Below, piece after piece: positions 28,786 through 38,486 of a stretch of 64,000 nt of DNA (position 1 is the stretch's first letter; each line of letters opens with the position of its first letter). The notes beneath the pieces were generated by a model. The model saw only the letters and a list, made by a program, of their open reading frames with translations. It searched no databases and was not told the origin of the DNA. This DNA is from Gemmatales bacterium (lineage in GTDB: Bacteria > Planctomycetota > Planctomycetia > Gemmatales > HRBIN36). The stretch is taken from positions 1,026,657-1,090,656 of the forward strand of contig JBEPZY010000001.1 of NCBI GenBank assembly GCA_041640595.1. The letters run 5' to 3'. A program made the translations under genes and the position numbers.

Positions 28786-31086
28786 CTACCGGCCGGGAAG
28801 TTGTTGGCGGAGTTGGCGGGCGGCTTCCACCATGTTTCGCAAGGCGGGGAGGACTTCTTCCCAGTGACGGGTTTTCAGGCCGCAGTCCGGATTGACCCAG
28901 ACACGTTCCGGAGGAATTACCCGGATGACTCGCCGTAATATTTGCACGATGGATTCCACAGAAGGGATCGCCGGCGAATGGACATCGTAAACGCCAGGCC
29001 CGATTTGCCGTGGGTAGCTATGCCGCTCGAACGCTTCAATCACTTCGCCTTTGCTCCGCGTGGCTTCGATGGTAATGACGTCGGCGTCGAGCTGTTCGAT
29101 GTAAGGCAGGATTTCGTTAAACTCGGAATAGCACATGTGGGTGTGGATCTGCGTTTGCGGCTGAGCGCGGGAGGCAAGACGAAACGCCTTCACTGCCCAG
29201 TCGAAATACTCCGGCCAGTGGGCTCGGCGTAGCGGAGCCATTTCCCGAAAGGCCGGTTCGTCAATCTGAATGACGCCGATACCAGCGGCCTCCAGGTCGC
29301 GGACTTCGTCCTGCAAAGCCAGAGCGATCTGCCAGGCCACTTCAGACGTTGGAATGTCCTGGCGAACATAACTCCAGGCGAGTATCGTAACCGGCCCGGT
29401 CAGCATGCCTTTCATGGGTCGTTTGGTGAGCGACTGTGCGAAGGTGATTTCCGAAACGGTCATTGGTGCCGGCCGGCTAACATCGCCGTAAATGATCGGT
29501 GGGCGATACACTCGGGTACCGTATGAAAGCACCCAGCCATGTTGCGTCAGCGCTATGCCGTGCAGCTTTTCCGCGAAAAACTCCACCATGTCGCTGCGTT
29601 CGAATTCCCCATGCACCAGCACGTCCAGACCCAGTTCCTCTTGCACCTGTACAACATGCCGGATTTGCTCGCGGATGAAACCGGCATACTCATCGGCAGA
29701 AATCCGCCCGTTTTTGAAGGCGTTCCGCATGCGGCGAACTTCCTCGGTTTGCGGAAAGCTGCCGATGGTAGTGGTGGGAAACATCGGCAGTTTCAGACGC
29801 TGGCGCTGTAACGCATCGCGTTCAGGATACTCAGCAGTGCGACGGAAATCTTCATGCCGCAAACTGGCCACACGTTGCCGGACACTTTCATTCCGCCAAT
29901 CTTCGTTTCCGGAAGAATATGCGTTCCAGTTCCGCAACAGCGATTCGTCATCGCCCTCGGTTACCTCGTGCGGGCTTCCAAGCAATAACCGCCGCAGCAA
30001 GCGTAGTTCCGTAAGTCGCTCGTTCGCAAAAGCCAGCCTTTGCCGCAAGGGCAGCGCCATTTTGTCTTCTGCGGCCAGACTGACGGGCAAATGCGAAAGC
30101 GGCCCGGCATTCGAGATCCAGACCTCGGCCGCAGTATATTGCCGCAAACGTTGCACTAAGTCGGCAGTTCGACGAAGGTCGGTCTTCCAAACATTCCGGC
30201 CATCCACTACGCCCAGGATCAGGATTTGGTCCTGGCGTAGCGGCTGACGTTGTAGCGCAGCCTGCAACTCGCTGCTAGCATTGCCCTGCCCTTTTACACT
30301 GGCAGAGCCATGCACCAGGTCCACACCGAAACCGCGCACCGGCAATTGCAAGAATGCCTGCCAGTCCGCCGGTGTATCGTAGTAAGTGAACAGCAAAATC
30401 GGAGCTCGCGATGCCAATTGGGCATAGCCCTGCTGCACCAGGGGCCAGTGTTTCGATGGGACATCTCCAGCCAGAGCCGGTTCGTCCACATGAACGTAAC
30501 TGGCTCCTGCTTGAGCGCACCGGGTCAATAGCTCGGCATAAGCGCTGACCAAACGCTCCCACAATTTGGGCCAGGAATCAGCGTGATAGCCCTTGCTCAG
30601 ACTCAAAAAGGTGTACGGGCCAACCAGATACGGAACGCCATTCTGGTATTGTTGCCAGGACTGCAACGGTTTTGCCCACACCAGGCGAAACTCGGTGTTA
30701 TCGCCGATTGGAGGCACCAGGTAGTGATAGTTGGTATTGAACCATTTGGTCATTTCCCAGGCATCGCTACCGCGAGCCAGGCGATAATAAACTGCCAGAT
30801 GGAGCGGCGCGTCCCAGGAACGTCCAACTCGCAGTCCATCGGTAACGGCTTCCGGTACCAGACCGAACATGATGCCGTGATCCAGCATGGCATCATAAAA
30901 CGTCATCTCGCCAACAGGATAAAAGTCCACACTGGCGTGATAGGCTCGCTGCCGCTCGCGTTCCAATCGGTCAAGACCTTCACGAAGTTGCAGTTCGGTG
31001 ATTTCCTGTTTCCAGAAGCCTTCGATGAGCCGTTTGTATTCGCGGTTCTGTCCCAGCCTCGGGTAGCCGTAAGCATAGGTTTTCAT
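28786..31086 (-). CDS. metE: cobalamin-independent methionine synthase
   Basis: 766 aa with a two-domain MetE pattern (MKTYAYGYPRLGQNREYK..., TTTIGSFPQT, HMCYSEF, NPDCGLKTR). Confidence 0.95.
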   Translation of the reverse strand: MKTYAYGYPRLGQNREYKRLIEGFWKQEITELQLREGLDRLERERQRAYHASVDFYPVGEMTFYDAMLDHGIMFGLVPEAVTDGLRVGRSWDAPLHLAVYYRLARGSDAWEMTKWFNTNYHYLVPPIGDNTEFRLVWAKPLQSWQQYQNGVPYLVGPYTFLSLSKGYHADSWPKLWERLVSAYAELLTRCAQAGASYVHVDEPALAGDVPSKHWPLVQQGYAQLASRAPILLFTYYDTPADWQAFLQLPVRGFGVDLVHGSASVKGQGNASSELQAALQRQPLRQDQILILGVVDGRNVWKTDLRRTADLVQRLRQYTAAEVWISNAGPLSHLPVSLAAEDKMALPLRQRLAFANERLTELRLLRRLLLGSPHEVTEGDDESLLRNWNAYSSGNEDWRNESVRQRVASLRHEDFRRTAEYPERDALQRQRLKLPMFPTTTIGSFPQTEEVRRMRNAFKNGRISADEYAGFIREQIRHVVQVQEELGLDVLVHGEFERSDMVEFFAEKLHGIALTQHGWVLSYGTRVYRPPIIYGDVSRPAPMTVSEITFAQSLTKRPMKGMLTGPVTILAWSYVRQDIPTSEVAWQIALALQDEVRDLEAAGIGVIQIDEPAFREMAPLRRAHWPEYFDWAVKAFRLASRAQPQTQIHTHMCYSEFNEILPYIEQLDADVITIEATRSKGEVIEAFERHSYPRQIGPGVYDVHSPAIPSVESIVQILRRVIRVIPPERVWVNPDCGLKTRHWEEVLPALRNMVEAARQLRQQLPGR

Positions 31087-31409
31087 TCTGTCGTTCTCCA
31101 GCCTTACGGGGAATTATCGGGAAACGGGCGCACGATCAGGCTTGCGCTCCGACTGCCCGACATAAAAACCGCCTTCAATGTAGAAGTGGCTCCCACGTTC
31201 GGCTAGCCAGCGCATGCAGCACTCTGCAGACCAATCCGCCTTGGCTGCCAGCGTGTCGGAAGCAACGTTGCCCATAGTGACTGCCGCTGGATGTTTAACA
31301 GCCGTTCGGGTCGAAGTTAAGACCCAGGAGAATCATGGTAACGTCGAATTTTTCACGGGAGCGGCGGGTTTATACAATGCTGAGTGTTAGAACTGTGCGA
31401 GGGTGAATC

Positions 31410-32105
31410 ATGGGGCAGACTGCTCGCTGGAGACTTGGGGACCGGGTGCTGGCACCGTGGGAGCCGGACTTTTTGTACCCCGGAACGGTGGTCTTTGTTG
31501 GCAAACGGGGATTGGTCATCGAATATGACGATGGCGACGAGGGGTACGTACCGGAATCCACGCTCCGGCCTTTGCAGATACAGGTCGGTTCCCAGGTCCA
31601 GGTGCGGCGAGACCCGGACGTCAATCGCTATTATTGGGCTGAGGTGCTCGCGGTAGATGGTGAGATGGTTCGTGTTCGCTATTCGGAAGATGACGGCGAA
31701 GAAACGCTTCCCGTCGGTCGGATTCGGATTCCCCGCGTGCTGCTACGCCTGCCCCGTGAGCAGGAGGAAGCGTTAGCGGCACTCTGGAAACCAGGCGATC
31801 GCGTGTTAGCTCCCTGGGAACCTCACTTTCTTTATCCCGGTACGATTCGGGAGATTGCATCGGGCATTGCCTTGATTGACTACGACGATGGCGACGTAGG
31901 CCCGGTTGCTCTGGCGGAGTTATTTCCGTTGCACCTGGAAGTGGGCATGCGCGTGCAGGCCCGGCGAGAACGCTTCGAAAAGGTGTACGAACCAGCCATT
32001 CTGACCGCCGTACATGAGGATTCCGTTACAGTTCGCTACGATAGCGACGACAGCGAAGACGAACTGGACATTGCCTATCTGCGTTTGCCGCGGGAAACCC
32101 TTTAG
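31410..32105 (+). CDS. protein made of four Tudor/Agenet-like (SH3-fold) modules (2 x 2 internal duplication)
   Basis: W-x-x-GDRVLAPWEP-x-FLYPGT...YDDGD occurs at residues 7 and 126. Each copy is followed by a second module (VGSQVQVRR...YWAEVLAV...VRVRY and VGMRVQARR...YEPAILTAV...VTVRY). Confidence 0.65.
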   Translation: MGQTARWRLGDRVLAPWEPDFLYPGTVVFVGKRGLVIEYDDGDEGYVPESTLRPLQIQVGSQVQVRRDPDVNRYYWAEVLAVDGEMVRVRYSEDDGEETLPVGRIRIPRVLLRLPREQEEALAALWKPGDRVLAPWEPHFLYPGTIREIASGIALIDYDDGDVGPVALAELFPLHLEVGMRVQARRERFEKVYEPAILTAVHEDSVTVRYDSDDSEDELDIAYLRLPRETL

Positions 32106-32526
32106 CCGTGTTACTGCCCTTTGCATGTCCACGGGAACGCCGCAATCACAACAGTCCAATGGGCACGGTTGAGTGAGGGCGAGCCTAGCCGCGAACACAA
32201 CGCCCACCGGAATACCTGTATATCACTGAGGAGCAGCCAGGTCTTATCTGCAGACAAGCTTAAGCGTGAACACAATGCTCAGCGGAATGGCGCCGAGTTC
32301 GCCGATGCACATTCCGATACCTGAGCCACCCAATCGCTTTTGTCGCTCTTGGCCTATTGAACCCTTTTGTGCATCCGTCAGTCCGTGGCTTAAAAGCAAT
32401 AGTCCTTGCGGTTTCCAGCCATGCAAACCAGCGCGCCGGTGTCGTAAGATGGCCAAACCCGACCCGCGTATGATGCAAAAAGCTGATGCGGTTTGTGATG
32501 AAAGAGCGAGGGGTTCTGGACAAATT

Positions 32527-33297
32527 TCAGAGCATCCCGGCCAGCAGCAGACGCAACGTGCGTAACTCCGGCTCCAGTGGGTAGGGCGGTTCCGGTTTGT
32601 CGAACATCTCGATGGTGATCAGGCGGTTGTATTCGTAACGGCGAAGTTGCTGGATAATGCGACTGAACGGCATCTTGCCCTGGCCCACACGCACCTGGAT
32701 TTTATCCGGAGTGGTGCCGCTATCTCGAAGGTGGACATGGTGCACGTAAGGAAACACCCCGTCGAACGACTGGCCGGCATTTGGTCCGCACAGGTAATGG
32801 CTTGGATCGAGCGTCAGCCGCAATGGTGGCACACACCGGCACAGTTCCACCGCGGCTTGCGGCGTCTCAGTGAGGGTACCCAGACGTGTCTCCACGCAGA
32901 CAACCACGCCATACGGAAACGCCCAACTCACCACCTGTCGCAAACGTTCCACTTCCTTTGCCCAATCGCTGCCACTGGGAGCCGCGGCAATTGTTACAGT
33001 TACAATGCCCAGGATATTTGCGAGCCGGCATAACACAGGAAATTGCTGCTGCCACAGGCGCAGTTCGGTACTTTCCAATTCCACCAGCAACGCTGCCGGG
33101 GCGATGCCGCTGACGGAGCGTAACAGTTCTACCACATCGTTCAAATGGCGGCACACAGTTTCGGGCGTCAGATGCGGATTGCCCGGCGTGATGGCAACCT
33201 CCGCATGGGCGAATCCGAGATCGGCCATTCTTCGCAGGGCTTCTTCGAGGTCGTAGCGTGTGAAAGCCAGTGTCGAACAGGCAAGGTCCACGGCCAT
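32527..33297 (-). CDS. sugar phosphate isomerase/epimerase (xylose-isomerase-like TIM barrel)
   Basis: From ATG 33297: MAVDLACSTLAFTRYDLEEALRRMADLGFAHAEV... and ...HVHLRD..., an AP_endonuc_2-like pattern. The upstream part of the ORF was discarded. Confidence 0.7.
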   Translation of the reverse strand: MAVDLACSTLAFTRYDLEEALRRMADLGFAHAEVAITPGNPHLTPETVCRHLNDVVELLRSVSGIAPAALLVELESTELRLWQQQFPVLCRLANILGIVTVTIAAAPSGSDWAKEVERLRQVVSWAFPYGVVVCVETRLGTLTETPQAAVELCRCVPPLRLTLDPSHYLCGPNAGQSFDGVFPYVHHVHLRDSGTTPDKIQVRVGQGKMPFSRIIQQLRRYEYNRLITIEMFDKPEPPYPLEPELRTLRLLLAGML

Positions 33298-33583
33298 ACT
33301 CCTGGTTTGAGCTTCCGAAAAGCCGCAGCGGAGTGAAAGGGCGAGCTTATGGTGGCACGTCGGAGGTTGAGCCAAGCAGATGCGTTTCCGTATCGGCAAC
33401 CGGCCTTCATAACAATTTCGCGTAACCGGACAAGGCGAGTTGTGGCAAACAGACTCGCCAACCGATGCAGCCACGCTTTGGCAGCAAAATGAAACAGGTG
33501 GTGCGGATCAATCTGGCCAGAGGCCCTGGAAAATGGTTGACCGCTATCCTTTAGCAAAACAGCGGGAGCCGGGGTAAAGGTAG

Positions 33584-35038
33584 TCAGCGGGGCTGGCTCT
33601 TTTCTGGCTTGAACGGGCCACCGTAATAGGGAAACTTGTCGAAGCGGTCGTCGTCCTGGGACGCCCGCGGATCGCCGGTCTCTTTCATCCAGGCCTGCAG
33701 ACGTGCCGCAAGCTGTTGTTTGATGGCCGCATATTCGGGTTTGTCCGCCAGGTTATCGAGTTCGTCGGGGTCCTTTTGAAGGTCATACAGTTCCTCTGCA
33801 GGTCGTTTGCCGCAACTGAGAGTGAAATAACGTTGCCAATCCTGGTCGTTGCGCCGAGCCAGAATGATCTGTTTGGTCGGCCCGTCGTCAATATCGCCGA
33901 ACGGACCCACCGCGAAAACCAGCTGCGGATCGCCAGCCGGCCAGCGATCGGGTCGAAAATTGCGGATGTATAAAAACCGCTCCGTCCGAATCGCTCGCGC
34001 CGGATAACTCAGGTTCCCCTGTCGAACATAAGCATGGCGCTCACGTTCAGTAAAAACTGCGTCCAGCCAGGATTTCGCATCGCCCGTGAGCAGTGGTTTC
34101 AGATTACGACCATGCCAATCGGCTGGGATTGGTAAGCCTGCTGCCGCAAGAAAGCTCGGAGCGAGGTCCACGTGGCTGACAAACCGGTCAATACGCATAC
34201 CAGGCCGTGTGACTCCCGGCCAGCGAATCGCCAGAGGCATATGCGTTCCCAGGTCGTAAAGGTTGGCTTTGCATCGCGGGAAAGGCATGCCATTGTCGCT
34301 GGTGATAACGATAAGCGTTCGTTCATAAAGGCCGCGCTTTTCCAGTTCCGCCAGCAGCCCGGCTACCTGATGGTCGAAGCGTTGCACCTCGAAATAATAA
34401 TCCAGGACGTCGTGCCGAACCTCGGGACAATCCGGCCAGAAAAGCGGAACACGTACGCGTTCCGGAGCAAGGCCCGCTTTCCGACCGGCATCGTGTTCAT
34501 AAGGCCTGTGAGGGTCGGTACTGCCGAACCAGAAGCAAAACGGCTTGTCCTTGGGACAAGCGTCCAAAAACTGCGTAAAGGATTTATAAACAGGCCCGGC
34601 CGGATTGCGTGTTCTACCACCGGCCTGGAAGTTCCCTGGCCCCCATCCTTTACCCATGTAACCGACATGGTAGCCTGCCTTTTCCAGTAAGTCGGGATAT
34701 ACCGCAAAACGTGCCGGCAAAAACCCCCAGAGGTTTGCCCCTTCCTCGAGACTGTGAGGAAAACGACCGGTGAGGATCGCGGCCCGTGACGGTGTGCAGG
34801 ACGGTGCCGCGCAATAACATCGGCTAAACAAGGCGCCTTCTCGAGCCACGCGGTCGAAGGCCGGCGTTTTTACCACCGGATCGCCGTAGATGCTGGCGTG
34901 CGGGTACGACCAGTCATCAGCAATGCAGAACAAAATGTTGAGCCGGTCGTTAGCTGTAACCCGCGGCACTGCATAAAAACCGACCAGCAGCGTCACACTC
35001 CATAGCCCAAATAACCAACCTCGCATCTTTGATGCCAT
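33584..35038 (-). CDS. sulfatase (formylglycine-dependent)
   Basis: Signal peptide, NILFCIADDWSYPH, and the CTPSRAAILTGR (C-x-P-x-R) motif. 484 aa. Confidence 0.9.
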   Translation of the reverse strand: MASKMRGWLFGLWSVTLLVGFYAVPRVTANDRLNILFCIADDWSYPHASIYGDPVVKTPAFDRVAREGALFSRCYCAAPSCTPSRAAILTGRFPHSLEEGANLWGFLPARFAVYPDLLEKAGYHVGYMGKGWGPGNFQAGGRTRNPAGPVYKSFTQFLDACPKDKPFCFWFGSTDPHRPYEHDAGRKAGLAPERVRVPLFWPDCPEVRHDVLDYYFEVQRFDHQVAGLLAELEKRGLYERTLIVITSDNGMPFPRCKANLYDLGTHMPLAIRWPGVTRPGMRIDRFVSHVDLAPSFLAAAGLPIPADWHGRNLKPLLTGDAKSWLDAVFTERERHAYVRQGNLSYPARAIRTERFLYIRNFRPDRWPAGDPQLVFAVGPFGDIDDGPTKQIILARRNDQDWQRYFTLSCGKRPAEELYDLQKDPDELDNLADKPEYAAIKQQLAARLQAWMKETGDPRASQDDDRFDKFPYYGGPFKPEKSQPR

Positions 35039-35304
35039 GAAGCGATCTCCCGTCTAGTCGTTGGAACCAGGCATAATGCTACGGTGTAAGACAAAATACC
35101 CGCTTCCGCAGTGCATGCTGATGCTTCGCCTGGTCTGGCTATTGTGGGTATAACTGTGGCCCTCGGCAACCGCTATGCTCCAGTTGAAGTTGACCGGGGA
35201 GCCGAGACGGTTATGGTACCCAACCGACGCCGCCTCAAAAGCAAAGTCCGGTACTCCTGGCCCGACAATTTGGCGGGGCCTGACGCGAACCCTGGAGCAT
35301 AGAG

Positions 35305-36678
35305 ATGGCAGGCAGATTACTGATAGTCCCATCCCTACTTTTCGCCTTGACGAGTACCCTTTTGTTTTCCGCAGAACCGAGCCGCTATGCACTACGTGAG
35401 CGCTGCCAGGAGGGGCAACAGTGGCAGGTAGAAATGCAGACTCGCGTCGAAGTAAAAGCTAAATCAGGCGAGGCTAAGGCGCTGGTCACCGCTCGCCATA
35501 GTTTTTGGGAACACGTACTGGCACTGGTTGACGCAACTCCGAATGCGAATCAGGCTGGCCCAATCGGTGTGCGTCCCGGACTGCCGCGCCGTGTAGCCCG
35601 CTACTACGAGCTGGCCGATTGGCAACGCCAGCCCCTTCACGCGGTGCAGGCCAGTCTTTCCTCAGGCAAGACCGAAAAACGCCAGCTCCGAGATGAACGA
35701 AGGCTCCTGATAGCGCAACGCTGGCGCGACGAAACAGTGGTCTTTTCGCCGAATGGGCCGCTGACCCGTGAAGAACTCGATTTGACCGAAGGACACCTCG
35801 ATGTGCTCATGGTGCCCAACCTTTTGCCGGAAGGATTGGTGGCGGTGGGCGAAAGCTGGACGGTACCGATCCCGGTAGTCCAGGCGTTGTGCGGTCTGGA
35901 TGGCGTTACCGAGTCAAAAGTTCAAGCCCGATTCGCCTCGGTTCAGAACGACCGGGCCGTCGTTGTCGTGGAGGGAAAAGTGGACGGCATCGCCGATGGT
36001 TGCGAAACCATCAACACCGTTCAGGCAAAGCTGGAATACGACCTGACTTTTGAACGGTGGACGCAATTGCACTGGCGACAAACCCAGGAGCGGCAAGCTG
36101 GCCCCATCACCCCTGCCCTGCATCTGGTGGCCGAGGTTCAAGCATCGCGCCAATTCGGCGGTCGCAGTTCCCATTTGACACCGGCGGTGTTGCAAAACTT
36201 GCCCGGCGAACCTGCCCCAGCTTTTCTCTTGCTCAGTTACCGCGCACCCAATGGCGAGTGCGAGTTTCTTTATGACCGGGGATGGCACCGTGTTGCCCAG
36301 GAGGAACGCTTTGCCGTCTTTCGACTCCTCGATCGCGGGGAACTGGTTGCGCAGATGAACGTGACGTTCTGGCCCAAAGCGAAACCCGGCCAGCATCTCA
36401 CCGCTGATCAAATACGCGAATTCGCGGAAAAGGCCCCCAATTTCCAGCCGGAGAAAGTTATCGAAAGTGGCGAAATCAAATCTCCGGATGGCCGCTGGAT
36501 CTATCGCCATACTGTGCAGGGTAAAACCGAGGACTTGCCGATTATGCTTACCTGGTACGTGGTAGCCGATGCTCAGGGGCACCAGGCGGTCTTCGTGTTC
36601 ACGACGGAACCTGCTTTGGCCGATAAACTCGGCGGCCGCGACCTGGCCATCGTCCAGTCCGCATCTTTCCCCAGGTAA
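35305..36678 (+). CDS. hypothetical secreted protein
   Basis: Signal peptide MAGRLLIVPSLLFALTSTLLFSA and protein-like composition. The antisense ORF 35914..36951 looks like a shadow. Confidence 0.6.
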   Translation: MAGRLLIVPSLLFALTSTLLFSAEPSRYALRERCQEGQQWQVEMQTRVEVKAKSGEAKALVTARHSFWEHVLALVDATPNANQAGPIGVRPGLPRRVARYYELADWQRQPLHAVQASLSSGKTEKRQLRDERRLLIAQRWRDETVVFSPNGPLTREELDLTEGHLDVLMVPNLLPEGLVAVGESWTVPIPVVQALCGLDGVTESKVQARFASVQNDRAVVVVEGKVDGIADGCETINTVQAKLEYDLTFERWTQLHWRQTQERQAGPITPALHLVAEVQASRQFGGRSSHLTPAVLQNLPGEPAPAFLLLSYRAPNGECEFLYDRGWHRVAQEERFAVFRLLDRGELVAQMNVTFWPKAKPGQHLTADQIREFAEKAPNFQPEKVIESGEIKSPDGRWIYRHTVQGKTEDLPIMLTWYVVADAQGHQAVFVFTTEPALADKLGGRDLAIVQSASFPR

Positions 36679-36984
36679 AAGCAAACCTATCCACCAGAAC
36701 GGTTCAACTAAATGCAGCCAATCTGTACACGGTAAAGCCCATACACGGCCTCGTTGAATTCCCGGCGGGTAGCCGCTTCCGATGAATGAGTTGCAAATTC
36801 GCCTGCCACTGTGCTGGCCTAGCTCGTAGCCAGTCAGCCTGGCGATAACCGTAGCGAGTGTTCCCGGCGAGTTTGCTGCGGATGGCAGTACCTTGCTTTT
36901 AGCGTGTGAAACTTTTATAGTCCAAAGAAGCCCAGGCGCTTTCAGTAACAAAGAATCCAGGCTGGATAAGCCTGGCTAACGAGG

Positions 36985-38388
36985 ATGGAGCCGATGAGTT
37001 TGAGCATACGCCGAATTGTATGGTCCAACGATGAGGATGCGGCGAGCCTCATAGGCGAATTACGACGTCAGCATAGCCTGGACACTGAACGAATCACTCC
37101 ACGGAGTCGAGAATTGACCATTCGCGCCTTCGGGGAAGCGTTATCACCTGCGCGCAGTGTTGAGCGGATTTGCAACGAAGTGCGTGATCAGGGCTTTCCT
37201 GCTGTTGCTCGGTTCAGCCAGATCTTTGACAATTTTGAATTGCGGCGGGAAAATCTGCGTGTTTCGCCGGAAGAGTTGCAGCAAGCTCACCGCCAGGCGC
37301 AATCGGAATTTTTGCAGACTGTGCGACATGTGCGAGACCGCGTCCTGACGTTCCAGAGTGGCTTGTTACACAGCGACGCGGTTTGGCGCAACGGCGAGGG
37401 TGAGGAAATCCGCGTTCGCTACCGTCCGGTACGGCGAGTCGGAGTACACGTTCCCGGCGGAAATGCCGCTTATCCCAGCACAGTACTGATGACAGTGTGC
37501 CCGGCAATCGCCGCCGGGGTGAATGAAATCGCTGTTATCGCCCCGCCTACCCGCTATGGTTCGAACAATCCCGACCTTCTGGCTGTGTGCTACGAACTCG
37601 GCGTGCGCGAGGTCTATCGGCTGGGCGGTGCACACGGGATTGCAGCACTGGCTTACGGCCTGCCCGAATTGCCTGCCGTGGACATGATTGTCGGACCGGG
37701 CAATCTGTATGTGATGCTGGCTAAGAAATACGTTTTTGGTACGGTCGGAATTGATTCGCTGGCCGGTCCGACCGAGCTGGTACTGGTAGCGGATGAATCT
37801 GCTCGTCCCGATTACCTGGCGGCCGACATGCTGGCGCAAGCAGAACACGCACCGGGGGCCAGCATCTTGATTACCTGGCAGGCTGACCTTCTTGATGCCG
37901 TGCATGCTGCTCTGCAAGAACAACTCGCAACTATCGAACGGGCTGACCTGACTCGTGACAGTCTCGAACGGTTCGGAGCGCTGGTGCAGGTAACGGATGC
38001 AGAGCAGGCAGTGCGGTTGGTCAATTTGCTAGCACCAGAGCACGTCCATGTTTGCACCCGACGGGCCGAACAGCTGGCCGAGCGCATTGTCAACGCCGGG
38101 GCCATTTTCCTGGGCAATTCCACACCCGTAGCCCTGGGGGATTACGTGGCGGGCCCGTCCCACGTGTTGCCAACCAGCGGTACAGCACGGTTCGCGTCGG
38201 GGTTATCGGCCAACGATTTCCTGAAGCGCACCAGCGTCCTGCGTTTCAGCGAATCAGCGCTGGCCCGTGAGGCGGAGCATGTGATTCGCCTGGCGGAAGT
38301 GGAAAAACTCCCGGCCCACGCGCACAGCGTCCGTATTCGCCAGGCTTCCGGCCAACCCGCAGCACTCCTGGCCAGTGAAACGACATGA
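36985..38388 (+). CDS. hisD: histidinol dehydrogenase
   Basis: GGNAAYPSTVLM, QAEHAPGAS and HVLPTSGTARF motifs. The start may be ATG 36994 instead (GAGGA lies 8 nt upstream of it). Confidence 0.9.
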   Translation: MEPMSLSIRRIVWSNDEDAASLIGELRRQHSLDTERITPRSRELTIRAFGEALSPARSVERICNEVRDQGFPAVARFSQIFDNFELRRENLRVSPEELQQAHRQAQSEFLQTVRHVRDRVLTFQSGLLHSDAVWRNGEGEEIRVRYRPVRRVGVHVPGGNAAYPSTVLMTVCPAIAAGVNEIAVIAPPTRYGSNNPDLLAVCYELGVREVYRLGGAHGIAALAYGLPELPAVDMIVGPGNLYVMLAKKYVFGTVGIDSLAGPTELVLVADESARPDYLAADMLAQAEHAPGASILITWQADLLDAVHAALQEQLATIERADLTRDSLERFGALVQVTDAEQAVRLVNLLAPEHVHVCTRRAEQLAERIVNAGAIFLGNSTPVALGDYVAGPSHVLPTSGTARFASGLSANDFLKRTSVLRFSESALAREAEHVIRLAEVEKLPAHAHSVRIRQASGQPAALLASETT

Positions 38389-38486
38389 TTTGCTGCTAAA
38401 ATACATTGTTCCGACCCTCGACCTAATACAGTGTTCCTTCCCTGCCCCAGGTCCCACTTCGGGACAACACAAAAGAATCCGCAACC

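Noticed and set aside
31087-31409. Cobalamin or SAM riboswitch call for the metE leader.
   Set aside because: There is no convincing B12 box, GCCACUG core or SAM-I/II signature by eye, only partial similarity. It is kept as a question in the findings, not as a feature.
32188-32290. Imperfect about 26-nt direct repeat (AGCCGCGAACACAACGCCCACCGGAAT / AAGCGTGAACACAATGCTCAGCGGAAT) 74 bp apart in the convergent intergenic region after the Tudor-like gene.
   Set aside because: There are several mismatches, no associated hairpin or terminator, and no coding support. I could not distinguish it from chance or decayed sequence, so it is only worth a genome-wide repeat search.
33434-33459. Hairpin GGCGAGT-12nt-ACTCGCC downstream of the sulfatase gene as a terminator.
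   Set aside because: On the minus strand it is followed only by a weak U-content (CUUGUCC), which is insufficient to call an intrinsic terminator.
36883-36897. Sigma-54-like TGGCAGtaccTTGCT upstream of hisD.
   Set aside because: The GG-to-GC register is 11 nt instead of the strictly conserved 12, so it is probably a chance match.
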